This document shows positions 11,748 to 26,417 of a DNA stretch of 64,000 nucleotides, piece by piece. The position numbers and the translations under genes were made by a program. Origin of the DNA: Trichoplax adhaerens (lineage: Eukaryota; Animalia; Placozoa); NCBI RefSeq assembly GCF_000150275.1, contig NW_002060952.1:22482-86481 (forward strand), read 5' to 3'. A model generated the notes under the pieces. It was not told where the DNA came from, ran no database searches, and worked only from the letters and a program-made list of their open reading frames with translations. The number at the start of each line of letters is the position of its first letter. Within the stretch, counting starts at the first letter, position 1.

Positions 11748-14700
11748 CTATATCGATATAGAATTTAAATTGACCATTTTACCGATTAACCAAAACGTCA
11801 TCATTGTTCCAAGGCCCTATCAAATTATAATGCAGAAATAAGAAAACGTGAAATTAACCTCCTCTAAATGAACTATGGAATTTCCTAGCATTAAAAAAAT
11901 GCGCTTGTTTGCTACAATACGAAGATCTCAATCAATAGCATAGTGTACAATTTCTATTACCTTAATATTTATATTTCCTCTAGGCTGTAACTCATAATGG
12001 CCGGTGGATGATAGAATATGGTAAGAGGCTTCGCTACAATGTATCTTGGAAGCTACGAAAGCAAATAAAGTAAACCATTACCAATTCTATGTCTGTTTCA
12101 AATTTATGCAAAAAGCTGTATTATGAATTCACATTTTTCTTACATTATTGGTAAAAATGTGAACTAGTAATAAATCTCAATTAATCATTTGGATCCATCA
12201 CAAGGAAAACAAGAAAATATATTTATACGAGAAACTATAATGATAATTATGTAATCAAATATTTCAGCTTTACTCTCGTCTTATACTGTTACTTTTATAT
12301 TTACAACGAATATTGTTGCCAGCGTAATGTGAGTATAAACTCAATTATGAACTTAGATTGAAGAACGAAAAGTTACAGCCACCTTATTGTTTCAGTAGAT
12401 AGTAAAGCATAGTAAAATGAAAAAAGTTTTTCTGCGCTGTATAACGTACATTGCATTTGATAGAGGCTTTCTATAATATTTGCTTTCAATTCGTCTATAC
12501 TTTAATTACATTGTGAGAAAAATACTAATAATCGCGATTGAGGAGACCAACAGACCAATTATACTAGTGTTTTATTTGAAAGTCTTTTATTTATTAAAGA
12601 ACCATAGAGAAAGATACTAATAATCGCGATTGGGAGACCAACAGAAAAATTATATTAGTGTTTTATTTGTAAGTCTTTTACCGATAAAAGCGCATTTTAG
12701 TTTATATTATTTCTGAATTCTTGCCCTACTTACGAATATCTAACTTCGATAAACTAAAATAGCATAGTTAAACAGCTATTACAATAGATTTCGTTGGCAC
12801 ATTATAATCAGTAGATTTTTAAATATTAATATCCATTATCTTAATATTGCTACTCTACTAGATTTAGAATGTAAGGCATAAGCAACTTTACAACAACGGC
12901 AAAAAAATGCGTAATAATCTCACCTTCTCCGCTAGATTCCATCCTGGAGGCAGTATTCACAGTATCGCCAAATAAACAATATCTGGGCATTTTCCTACCC
13001 ACTACGCCAGCAACACAAGACCCTATAAAATTTCAATAAATTCAAGTCAATTTTATTTAAATTACCTAGTTAAAGTTATACAAATAATGATATTAAACAG
13101 TTTTGGCCAAGTTTTTCAGAACCTGAATGAATTCCAGCGCGAAGTTGTAATACAAGATCAGGATTATGTGGAACTTTTAAATTTTTAATGATTGCTAACA
13201 ACGCTAGTGCCATATTAGCAATTTCAATAGCATGCTGATTTTTAGGTAATTTTTTAGGTAAGCCTGACACAACCATGTATGCATCACCGATTGTTTCTAC
13301 TTTATAGACATGATAATGTTCAATTTCACTATCAAATTGGACATATAAATAATTTAACATTTCAACCACTTCCATAGCAGTGCTTTCATGGCAAATTTGA
13401 GTAAATCCAACAATATCACTAAAATATAGCGTTACATCATCGTATGTTTCAGCCAATACATTTTTTCCATGTTTCAACTGTTCAGCAACTGATCTTGGTA
13501 GCATCTGACATAATAGACTATCCGTCTTTTTTCGTTCCCTATTTAATTTTCTAGTTTTATCCGCTAAATTGCTAGCATATAATTGAATACTACTTGTTAA
13601 TGTCGTTGTTAGATACAGTAGCAGCGGACATACAATGACTACACTGATTAATAAAGCCAGGGAAATTATAAAATTATTGGTAGCAGCTTGGCTAATTTTA
13701 CTCGATTCATTCAAGATAAATTGTGTTGTTTTTTCTTGTAGTATTGATAAACGATAAATATAATTAGTCATATTCTCAAACCAAACGTTGGCACTCATGA
13801 CAGAAGGTGAATGATTAACGTTAGCTGATACTTTTCGACGCAATATAGTCAGCATAGCGAGAATACCGGGAATAGCAGGATCTTCGTCATATTTTCCTTT
13901 TACAAAATCTGAATACTGTTTAGCCGATATTATATGCGTTTGGCCTAGTTTTAATTTAGAATAATATTGCAATAATTCAATATGAGTTAAATGGGTTTGA
14001 GAAAAAAAGACAGCACCCAATGCTCTTTCCACACCAGTCTCTTCTGCTCCGCTTAATAACATCTGATAAGCTACTAAATGATTCCATAAAGTCTCACTTT
14101 TAGTATAACGTAAACCATCAGTAATCACGGATAAAAGATTGGCAACAATATCGGAATAGAAGGTTAATTCTTGGAAAACAGTTGTATTCGCTGTATCAAC
14201 AATACTGTCGCGATGATGTGTAAGATAGTTTAGAAGTATCGTCCCATTTTTTAAGTAACCAACTGATGTATTGCTCGAAGGCCATGGTTTGATATCATTA
14301 ATAGCGTCATCGGTTTCTATTCTCTTTTTAATTACTGATTTAAATGCGAAGTTATTAAATTTACTGCTTACGAAAATAACGGTCTTACCACGTTCAACCT
14401 GTAAAGTTTGAATTAATTTAGCCAATCTGATCCCAATTGCAGCATTCTCTTTAACTTGATTGGCTTGATTATATCTTGAAATATCCTTGACTAACGCTGA
14501 TATAGTTACTGCAGCTAATGCTATGCATGGAATTAAAATTAAAGTCACCATTTTTAATGATTGGATACGTCTACCAAATAATTTTGTTGGATCATCGTTC
14601 ATACACTGCCTTCGACTATTCACTTTGGTTATAGCCAACGATAAGTCGTTTAAACTCTCTTCTCCTTCACTGTTACCGAAAATATCGGAATACTTGTTCG

Positions 14701-14755
14701 CTGGATTAGAAAGAGTAAAATGGCGAGTCGGAAGTTGATCGGTTTCTAGGTCCAT
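11748..14755 (-). CDS. NIT-domain two-TM receptor guanylyl cyclase (NIT-GC), paralogue 2
   Basis: complement(join(11748..11816,11961..12052,12924..13022,13123..14755)). First ATG is MDLETDQ at 14755; the ORF-track start at 14860 is a TTG. Motifs [77 protein letters not shown]; ends [16 protein letters not shown]. Confidence 0.92.
12522..12680. repeat. Local tandem duplication (~68-bp core, ~92-bp period) in intron 2 of NIT-GC2
   Basis: atactaataatcgcgattg(a)ggagaccaacaga..aattata.tagtgttttatttg.aagtctttta occurs at ~12522-12589 and ~12614-12680. Confidence 0.85.
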
Positions 14756-17469
14756 GACTTTCCTTTCAATTCGTTTTTTTTTTATTATAAATTTTAAAGA
14801 TTGGAACAATTTCAATTTTATCACCTTATGATACCAATAGATGATGATTGACTTTACCAAGAATCCTATTATTAAACCAAAAAATAATACAAGGAAATGA
14901 ATTTAACTTCCACTAAAACTAAGCATTATATTGGGTCTAAAATATTAAAAGAACATCATATGATATTTTCTTGTTGATCTTAACTGAAAAACTGGCTTAG
15001 CTAATTTAACAGCAATAGATAGGTAAAGTAAAATCGATCCAACGAAAGATATTGCAGATTTACTTCACCAAATGTCCTAATATGCACTCTTAAAATGATT
15101 ATCAGGATGACTACCAAGTCTTAATGATTTTGCATGGCATATTGAATCATATTTTGGAAACTAGTGTACATTTACAAACTAGGTATCAAAAACAAAATCT
15201 AAATCATATGATCATACAAGCGTAATATTGATAGAAAATTGATGATAATGATCTTTAAATTCAGTTTATCCCATTGTTTAAATCCTATGCAGAATAAGGT
15301 AACTTACTTTATTGTTTGAATTTCAGTATGACAATATTGTGTCAAGGCAAAAAAAGCTGAATGTTGTTTAAATTTAATGAAATTAGATCAGTAGAAGATG
15401 AATAAAAAATATTTTTTTAAAGTGCAAATTAATCGATCAGCTTATGTCAAAGACTGCCAACACATCGATCTTCATTAATATCTGATGTCATTATACAATT
15501 CGAAATTTGATGGCACTCCACTAGTGACTGATTGCGTCAGTGTTCGTTCATTTTAAAAACAGACAATAGTTTGGATTAATAATAACATTTTCTATTTCGA
15601 CATCGACTAAGTAATTGTGGGTGCATTTGTTAGCTCCCGCCCCTTCTTCCACTTTTCCCTCGAATAAAAATGGGGTTGTATCTTTATGTCATTCGGCATT
15701 ATAGTAATTATCCTATTGCTGTCAAATTTTAGCTATAAGAATAAAACTCTTTGATTGGTACATACTGGGCGTAATACGAGTATGATAATATACATATCAA
15801 TAACATTATACGCTATAGCATACTGCAACTATCAGAAATGAATCAAATTAATATCTCATAGTTGTATCTTCTTAATCAGATCTTTAGTCCCCACAACTAT
15901 TGACCACACTGATAAATAATAACTTCATTGCATTTTTTTAACCATAATGGCTGAATGGTTCTAATTTTAAGTACATTCAATTAGCTACAGAAATAGGTTC
16001 CTATTAGCTCACATAGACACGAAATGAAATAAAGATTGGATGGCATCAATAATTACTATTTATAACAGACTATTAAGTGCCTTGAAATCATATTTCATGT
16101 CATATTAGTAAATTTTAGGTTAATGTTGTTCACGCAAAGTTAAGAAATAATACATCTTTATCTAAGGTTATTATCAATTTTCAAGAACAATTTTACAAGC
16201 TTAGGTTTGAAATCCATGTATATTTTGTGATTTATACCTGATGCTCGCTTTTAGTTGTATTAACTTTTACTATCCTTCAAAATCTATTAAATTTCTAACG
16301 TACAGTAATGTTAGGGATATAAATGTGACCGATGATGTAGTTTCAGCTTTGCAAATCTCTCTTTCTCCATTTATGATACAGAAATCATATTGTAATAGGA
16401 ACTTCCTAACACTTATTGGATACTTACTATAGGAAATTTATTTCAGCTTAGCTCGGATCAATTATGGTTGTTGTCGTAAATTTCAGCTGACCATCAACAC
16501 TAAGTAAGTTTGTAACAAAATTATACCATTATCTTATTATCAAACTTAATAGCAGCATGTCTGTGCAAAAAAAAATCCTACCTGTAATCTCTAATAACCA
16601 AAATTTAGAAAAGCTTGATTTCCTACAAATTTGTCTTCTACATGTATTTACGGTAGATTTACAAGCTGACTAATAAATTTAGATCAGCGACCAATCTTTA
16701 AAAATAATTTAAAACAAAAAAAATTATTTATTAATTCTAATCTAGTCTATTGTTATCAGTTATCAATAGACAGCAATGAATGCACATGAATAATATAATT
16801 ATTTTCACCTGCTTAGCTAAATTTATATTAAAATTTATTCTGTCGTCATCAATAGCTTTTTTGGTATATCTAGCATATAATGATTTTAACATTTCATAAG
16901 TATCCTGTTGAGCTCGATCTATTTTAACTTAATTTTATTAAAATTAAAATCATTGCTCTGCTATCGTAAGTTTAAGAAATTCTATCAAAAAGTAACCATT
17001 GCATTTATAATTAACTTTCGATATTTAGACCGTAATCAGCTAATCTTTCGCTATGTATAAATATCAGCAACAGAAATACCGATTTGGTAACATATTCAGT
17101 GAGAAATGTGTTTCCATCATTGTTATCAAATAATTTTTGTCGTGAAGTTGGCAATCTAAATACCGCAGCTTGTATATTAACTTACTAAAAGAACAATAAA
17201 TTAAGTTCACAATCAAATTCTATGTCCACCAGTTATCTTAAAATGTATTTGTGAAAATTAATTAATTAGCTTTAAATGCTATAAATGTTACTTTATTAAA
17301 AATATAATAAACCAGCATCCTATTTTAATCATAACGATCCTTGTATATTGGTTACGTATTTTTGCCAGTTTCAATAAATTAAAACAATTCTTGCGTATTA
17401 TTTGATTTGATTATTTACTGGAAACTGATATGGTAAAGAATCGTATAGATAATATTAAGCAATACATGT

Positions 17470-18058
17470 TGTCACAAACCTTACTTGTGGCAAAGGAAAG
17501 TAAAGAACTCTAGTGTAGTTACTTAAAACTTGGGCTATTTCTCCCAATACTTTCAGTTTCTATGAGAGAAGTATTTGAGAACTCGATTTCTCGGCTGATC
17601 TCCACAGACAACTGACTAATTATTACACTATTCTTCACGATATGAGTCTTGCCGTTTCTTGAGCAATTACTTACTTTATTCTACAAACACACGCGCTTAA
17701 ATAGGTTTCTACAGTGAATTCCAATATTAACGAGTGAGAATTCATGCTTTACAAGTTACATTAATTAGTATAATACCATTACTAAAATATACATGTCGAT
17801 ATTCTCAGACTAAGATAGCTACAAGCTATCAGGTGTTAAGACGCTTAACCTTCGTCCATATACAGCTCAATTTTTAGAGATTAACACACCTTATAAACCT
17901 ACAGTAAATTAACTGCCAACAACTTCTATTTTTATCTCATTTCTACCATCCTATTATCAGCTACAAGCACATTAAAACATAGCACATAACCTTATCTTAT
18001 CTATTCATAAGCATTCATTAATTTACAGTTACTTAATTAGTAACGGCGTACCGTGACA
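17470..18058 (-). mobile_element. Solo-LTR-like element copy A (589 bp), 5-bp TSD CATGT
   Basis: TGTCAC...GTGACA termini (6-bp inverted). CATGT at 17465-17469 and 18059-18063. About 98% identical to 20608-21195 (roughly 11 substitutions and 1 indel counted by eye). Strand assigned by terminal homology to the 10185 element. Confidence 0.85.
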
Positions 18059-20607
18059 CATGTCAAAAAATGTTGAATAACATATTATCAAATAAATTGC
18101 TAAGAAAAACACTAGTTTATTAATATATTATTAAAATGATTGCTTTACATTAAAATTGAAGTATTTCAAGTAATGAAGCTAAATATAATTCTTTTTAGCT
18201 ATTTGGTGTCACCTCCATTTAAAGTCGTTACATAGCTGTTCACTTGTTCCACTTTATTTGATAAATCTGCCTTCTATTCTCTAATAGCACTATATTTAGA
18301 CAAGTAGTCGCGAAGTCGACTTCGTATGTTCTACACAGAACCTATATCGTAGAATCCGATCTTATTATGTTTAAAGATCGATAACTAAATTTTCAGATAA
18401 TGATTTACAATTTTCTGATGTAGTTTGATTTACTATTATTGTTATGACCAACTTTAAATATATCTAAAATAAAATAAATTCATGCTACAAGTAAGCTTTG
18501 GCAGAAATTTGCACACAATAAAACTTTTTACTATATTTAATATTTTAATGTTGTCTAAATCGAAAATCATTTTACTATAGATATCTATGTATCACCTTAC
18601 AATCAGGCATTATTACAATAAAAATAATTTTATCTTTTTTCTTATATAATATTAAACTATACATTCTCCTCATTAATAGAGTTAATATTATAGTTGAATA
18701 TCTAATACTATACAGTATCAGTATAAAAAATATGCATATGTCGCAGCAATTCTTAAGAATGGATTCAGCCTCATAAACTTTATCTTTTTAGCTTTGATTA
18801 ATACAAATTTCTCAAGCATTCATCGGAACACGATAAGGGTCATACATCAATGAGAATGAATAATTAAATTTGATATTTGTTACTCTAATATCTAGGTAAC
18901 TATAATTTGAGAAAGGAAGTCCGTATTATGTATATAAAATAATATCTTATAATTCCAATATGAAATACCATACGTTACAATTTCTAAAGCAGTCGTAAAT
19001 ACTCAGTACAAACGATCTTTATTACAAATAGGGGTTTTATAAAACACAGCTGAATATAAATAAGATCTGGTAGATACTAAATCATGATTGGCTTTTATAC
19101 ATCCGAAAAATATGTGTATCATTATTCTATTGTTTATTCATTTTTATACCATAACTTTCTACAGTATACACATACAATCGATATTACATGCACCATCATA
19201 GCATAATACAATAGTTTGTTAGATCAAATCCGTCATCAATTAGTAATTTATAGTTAAAATGATTGATCTATGGAATTTATATCACATGTAAGCCACATAT
19301 ATCTATCAATACCATATATTCATCGTCGTAATTAAAATGCATATATTAATAAATTAATCATCTTTGCCTAGCCAATAAATTTGGCAAAAATATTTAAAAA
19401 TCATTACTATTTTGCAATATATAACACACTCAATTAATTTAATATGGAAGACGAGCATACATAAACAGATGATAACTTTCAAATTATATGTACAATACAC
19501 AAAAATATCTATATTACGGTAGATCGTTTACAGCTATTAATCTTAGTTCAAATACTTTCTAGTTACTGAAAACTTCATTACAATAACATCCGTATAGGCT
19601 AATATTTAAAACTTTATCCTACCAATCGAAAAGTTATTAGTATAGCGATTGCCTGTCTATGTAATATCCAGCACAGAAAAGAAATAACCTCTTTTTAATC
19701 AAAAGAAAGCTGATCATCATAATGAAATAAATAATGGATAATTTTACAACGATTCATTATTTATTTTATAACAATTCGTAGTAGTTTAAGACTGAGATCA
19801 AAGTTGAAAATTTTAGATTATAGTTACAGTGACTTAGTGAGAAATATCCCTTGACCTATCCTAAGTTCATTCAATAAAGTTCAAAGAGTCATTTTTTGGC
19901 ACATATTGTCATTGAGTACAATACCGGCACCGGATCAATATTTTGTCTTTTCGATAAGAAATATCCATCATGAAGAAGAATTATCATGTAAATTAAGTAC
20001 CAAGTGTTCAGTGCTCAAAAAAATTGGCATCTAATTGATTAATCTTATATCTATATTTATTCTTCGATTGCTCATAATAAAATTTATCCAGTTGAACGAT
20101 GAATAGATTGAAAAAATCACATTACAGTCAATAAAATAATAAAAGATCATCTCACAAGCGAATATATGTGATTTAGTACGGTATGAACTGTCTTAAAGTA
20201 ATCTCTGCTTAATTTATGTCTACATTGACTACCATCCATATGTGTCGTATTGACTGTTCAATTTTGATTTGGTCTGATATCAATGTTATTGTAGTTGCTT
20301 TCGTTATTGATGATCATAGATTTTCGGTGTGAATAAGCCACACTATCGCGGCTATGGTAATAAATACTAAAAGTTATGATGCATGATAATAAAGAGTCAA
20401 AGCATTTCGCTATGAATTAAATTGAAAATAGCCGCACAAACTAAAATATAAACCATTTACTAACCTCAATAGCAATGTTAACGTGATCTATAGCTTGATG
20501 TCTATTTTCTAGCAATACACTTAAAACAACAATGTTACTCTTATATCATTGAATAAATAATAAATCAGCAATGATTATTATTTTGTGAAACATGCATGAG
20601 TATAATT

Positions 20608-21195
20608 TGTCACAACCCTCACTTGTGGCAAAGGAAAGTAAAGAACTCTAGTGTAGTTACTTAAAACTTGGGCTATTTCTCCCAGTACTTTCAGTTTCTA
20701 TGAGAGAAGTATTTGAGAACTCGATTTCTCGGCTGATCTCCACAGACAACTGACTAATTATTACACTATTCTTCACAATATGAGTCTTGCCGTTTCTTAA
20801 GCAATTACTTACTTTATTCTACAAACACACGCGCTTAAATAGGTTTCTACAGTGAATTCCAATATTAACGAGTGAGAATTCATGCTTTACAAGTTACATT
20901 AATTAGTATAATACCATTACTAAATATACATGTCGATATTCTCAGACTTAGATAGCTACAAGCTATCAGGTGTTAAGACGCTTAACCTTCGTCCATATAC
21001 AGCTCAATTTTTAGAGATTAACACACCTTATAAACCTACAGTAAATTAACTGCTAACAACTTCTATTTTTATCTCATTTCTACCATCCTATTATCAGCTA
21101 CAAGTGCATTAAAACATAGCACATAACCTTATCTTATCTATTCATAAGCATTCATTAATTTATAGTTACTTAATTAGTAACGGCGTTCCGTGACA
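20608..21195 (-). mobile_element. Solo-LTR-like element copy B (588 bp)
   Basis: Near-identical direct copy of 17470-18058 with TGTCAC...GTGACA termini. No perfect adjacent TSD: left flank gagtataatt, right flank gagtatatat. Confidence 0.85.
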
Positions 21196-24100
21196 GAGTA
21201 TATATGTGTAATTGTCTTACCTACATAGACCTAAAATAACTGAAATGGCCCCAATACGCGTGTAGTAAAGTAGCCTTCACATAGATGCTATCTCATAGAT
21301 AAGATTTAGCGTAACAAGGTATAGATTTTGTTTGTGTTATTGTTATGATCAACTGACGATAAATATTATATGAGCGAAAGAGGTTTAACTCTCATTAGCT
21401 TCTCTCGTACTCTCTTGTCGTTTAACTTAGTAGAACTAGTAGACTTTGAGACTAAATACTATTACTATAATCGAATTCGTAATAAAGGGTTAACTAAGCT
21501 CAAGTTTTTGCGTTAATACTTGTGTAAAAGTGATTAGCAAAAAGGAGACGGACTTTCCTTTATTATAAGGCGATATAAGTTTATGCTATACTCAGTTAAA
21601 TATACAGTATACTGTCTACCAATACGAATCTTTCTACTCGTATATCATGTCTACTGTGCGCATTTCTTCGGTATGATCTATGTCATCAAAAGAGGAAAAT
21701 TAGAAGAAAAAACTTACCTATATCGCTAATTTATCCTCATACTCATGTATTACAATATCATAGATAAACAGTAATTCAACTTGATAGTTTACGAACTTTT
21801 TACTTCCGACGTAAAGTTCCGATGACGCAGTGTGAGATATAATCAACATATGGGAATGGTATACTCGTGTGTTTTCATATTTTGTTTATCTGCTGATGGT
21901 TTCAAAATTTTTTCTATTTCATTGCAATACATAGGCTTACAAAGGAAGTAAGATATTTTGAGTTAATCGTAATAATATCTTACAACTTCTTCTATTTGCT
22001 ACATATTAGAAAAGTAATTAAATGCCTGCAATATGACAATATTAATTTCATTCGCAATCTTTATATTTATTACTAGGCAATAGCAAGGCAATAATAACAA
22101 GCGAATTCTTATTATTTACAACTTTTAACTTTTTCCAAGGGATTGTGCTCTCCTTTTTAGTGTGTCTGACCAGATGTGAAATTACTAACCGATAGAAGAC
22201 AATAGTACATCATTACATTTACTAAATTTTTATCATCTTGATAATATAATACCAAAGAAACAAGACTATCTTTCCCATGTTCTAAGAAGGTCAAGGTTCA
22301 CTAAGATCAGTTTGGACTAAACTTGGGTAGGTTTATTAATATTTTATCCTGATTAAATATCACCAACTACGGTAATTTATACTCGTCTCGCGTGTTATAT
22401 TTCAGTAGTACATTAATGAAAAAGTTCCGTACAGACAAATAGCGATCGCTCATATATCTATCACCATTAATTATATATTTAACGCCTTGTTGAACATTGC
22501 GCAGTACTGTAGTGTTGTATTTTATTATTTAGCTGCCGGCGAAATTGAAAGACTATAGAATCTCTGTCAGCCAAGCGACAAGATATTAAGCTAGTTTTTA
22601 TTATATTCTTAGCTTTTTGATTTTAGTTTGGAAAGGAGTAAAACACTCTGCAAATTAGTATCCCTATCTTGGTGCCAATAATGGTACCATTATGATCCAA
22701 GGTGATCATAATCACTCCTAAAAGAAGAATTTTACGCACGCAATCGTTGGCACAATTTTTTCGTAGATTTTTAATAAACATCAATAGGCGTGGTTTAACT
22801 CAAAAAGAGGAAATATGGGTGCGTTTAATTGAAAAGATGCCAATTATCTTGTTTTTAGGGAATGGAATAGACTATTTTAAACGCTAAGAATGAAATCGAA
22901 AGAACAAAAATGTATAGTAAAAATTTTTGTTTGCGATACGGGTGATAATAAGAATTAAAGTTAATGTTAAATTAGCTAATTAATATGGGGCATTCAATAA
23001 ATTTAAAACTGATGCAATTGTAATTGATATTTAATACGTCAACAAACGCCTTATTAAGTATGATTGACCAGAACAATAATTTCTGCCTTGAACAATTGCC
23101 ATAAGATTAATTAATTAATTATAATTATTATCATAAATTTCAAAATTCGATCGCAACTGTCAGGCTGTATTTTTTGATCATTCAAATACGTAATTTTAAT
23201 CCACTAATCTTATTAGTAAAGTGCAATGATCAACTAAGACAGTTATGATACGCTTTGGTAGTGATATAAACGGTAAATCTATTGAAAAATTCGAATTACG
23301 CATGCTTCCAAGAAGCTTAACATCAAGTGCAACAACAACAATAACAATCTAATGGAAGACTAATAAAGCTGCAAAATACAAATTATCATCCTTACAAAGG
23401 CTATATAAATTTTCATTATGATAGATCCGGCATATGAGGATATAACTTATACTAAATAAAAATACTTGACCGTACGTACACAAACGAAATTAATTCAAAC
23501 AAGTTAAGAAGCGGATATTTTTACTATTCCTTATATTACATAACACATTATTTGTTAATATACATTTATAAATGCAGTACTCTATCAAAAATATTTATTA
23601 TATTTTAAATTACTTTAAAACCATCGGGAAAACAGTTTAAATAATCCTAGTAGTAAGTAAGGAAATGACTACCGAACCTTCAGATGGAAAAGTCCTCAAA
23701 TGTTAAATAAAAGTTGCACTTCCATCTTACACATTCCATCTCATACACAGTAGTTGATGTACTTATTTATGTCATCAAGTGGATTCATCTGTTCATTTAA
23801 TTAAGCGTAGAATGATGGCAAAAGACCAATAAATAGTTTCTATAGAAAAGAATAGTAGAATATGCTATTGTAAATAGAAAGATATATATCTAGGATGATA
23901 TTTCCTCTTTACCGTTTCTATATTATTACAAAAATCAACCCTCTAGAACACCGATTTCATAAGCACAAACACAACATGCTTTTTGTTTAAATATTCATAG
24001 TGCAATGTCAAATGAATTCATCAGCATTTTAATTATGAAAATATTCACAAGAGAATTGAGAAATTTAATAAGTATTTTCTATTAACAGGAAATGAAAGGT

Positions 24101-26417
24101 TGTCTATATCGCACATGAATAAAATAAAATTAAAGCGCAGATACTCGGTATGAATTTAGCTGTACATCTGTCTAAGGTATTTCTTCGTGTCATATACATA
24201 CTACGCGTATATTCTTTTTACTAATATCTACGCTATTAATATTATAAACAAATTAAGGTGCATTATGTAACCATGGCAGAGTTAAGAAATTTATAACATA
24301 CCAGGATGTATAAACACGAATATTCTATTTTTTACAATTCAAATAATACAGGAATTTTAAATTTTTGACCTTATTTCAGTGAAATTCTTTCAACATCAAG
24401 TCAGATTAGAGACTTGACAATTTTACTGTTGTTCTCAAAATAATTACGGTACAACATCAAAATGGAGTATACTACGTGCTTTTTACTTGCGGTGTATTAA
24501 CTTGATTAAATCTATGTTTCATTATTCGTGAGCAAAATTCTAAAAGTCATTCAAAAATTTCCAGCAATGATCATCAAATATTCTATTAGTAACCCACCTA
24601 ACTTATTAGCTTTACCAACAACTGTCTTATTTAAAATTGCTAAAAGACAACCTTAAGAAGTCACCCAATAAAGATCTTCAAACAATTTTTACTTGAAAAT
24701 AACGTAGCTTTACGCCAAAGACGTATATACTAAAACATTAAATAATTATTTAATATCATCCATACGATACTAACTTATTTATCTAAACTTTATTTAGTAT
24801 TATAGTAAGTTGATTTTGAGCTTGTACAGAATATATTACTGTATCAAGTAGTACAAATGAAATAATTTGTTACAGCAACCATGCGATTATAACCGAGAGA
24901 ATTCCAGCGGACTATAGGATTCAAAAGAGGTTTTAATTAATTTTAGGCTACTTCTATTATATTAATGTAAATAGTAATGGAAGAATAAGAGAATAATTCA
25001 TGCAACTTCACAATGCTGAGATCCGTAAGTTCATAATTAACTCTTCATACAAAGTAAAGCATTAATTACAAGAATATGGATTTTACCAATGTAGCACTAT
25101 ATAAATTCTGCGCCTGTAAAATAGGATAATGTGAACGTTTTATTAGCAAATGTTGTTAGAAGCTACTATTTCAGTTAAAACAATTATCTTTCATTTCCAT
25201 GCTTGTCATCAATTGATGCAAGATTTCCTTCTTATTGAAACTACTACAATAAGGTATAGTATTTCTGATCCGGAAATGAATTTAATGATCTTTCTTCCTT
25301 TGTTTACTTACTTTAAATTATCAGCTCTTAGCTATTCTCGACATGAACACTGCATTTTATCGATTGCTTGACTTTTAGTAGCTAATACGAAAAATTTTTA
25401 TTTACATAAGTTTCGTGTAGAGAAGTTTTAGTATAAATCTAGTGATACATTATTGTGAGCTCTCTAAGGAAATCTGAATTAAAGCAGAAAAGGACGCTTG
25501 CTAAGGTCTTACTACAAGCTAACCATTTTATACATGTGATATATCATCGTTGTTCTCTTGTATAACACTGTAGTGGCATTCAATATCTCAACTAAAATAA
25601 GAATGCAAGGCTTATATAAAATTAGATTCAATAGCAGTTCCGATCCAATTAACCTATTAAGTAACTATTTTGAAATTGAATAAATCAGTAAATACAACTT
25701 CAGAAATGGTGTTGCAAAAAATTTTAGTATGCACTCTATACTCGAATAGTTAAAGTCTAATGCCAATTAACAGAATCATTCGACAGGCAAACTTTAAAGG
25801 GATCATATGAGAACTTAAAAATATCCAAATTTTTACTGACAGTGAAAATCCCAAGTGAATTTCCGAAAGTTCCTCCATCCAACAGAAATACTCAATATTA
25901 TTACATGAAAGTAACTGCTATTGCATTGCAGAAATTGTGCAAGAATGCTCAAAACTTATAATTGCAACTGAACTAGAGATTATGAATGTTGAAATTAATT
26001 TTCTTACGGCTGTACAGGATGCAACTAGTATGTATTTATCTACCGCGTCGATTTCTAACAAGAAAATACAAATTTGTTTATAATACGTCATATAAATCAA
26101 ATGGCGGTGATCATTGATCGCTAGTGAATCAATCATTTACGAAACAGATTCCAAACTAGAAAAAAATGAAAGAAAGCTCACTTGTAGGACGTTATGCAAA
26201 TTGAATACATTTCACACTTGATATATTCGAACAGTAACAATATCTGAATGATAAAATAAGAATTTCAAGAATCGGTTATCGCCCAATTGAACAATAAGTC
26301 ATAATTTCATGAAACCGTTTCTAATTTCTTCGGAGATAAAATTAATGCATGGCATAATCTAAAAGATTTATAATAAATCATGCACTGTAAGGCGTAATAA
26401 ATAGGTCTAAAATCGAA

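Noticed and set aside
13076-13122. ORF-track C-terminal tails of the four NIT-GC ORFs, suggesting truncated cyclases or pseudogenes
   Set aside because: These are read-through into the intron after GIH(T/S)G. The remaining catalytic exons are present and in frame for all four genes.
14756-14860. N-terminal extension MVKSIIIYWY... of the 594-aa ORF
   Set aside because: It starts at TTG in AT-rich sequence. The first ATG (14755) gives an N-terminus comparable to the paralogues.
17470-21195. One full-length LTR retrotransposon/TRIM bounded by the two 588-bp repeats
   Set aside because: Outer flanks (CATGT vs GAGTA) are not a TSD, copy A has its own TSD, and the interior shows no PBS, PPT or gag-pol remnant.
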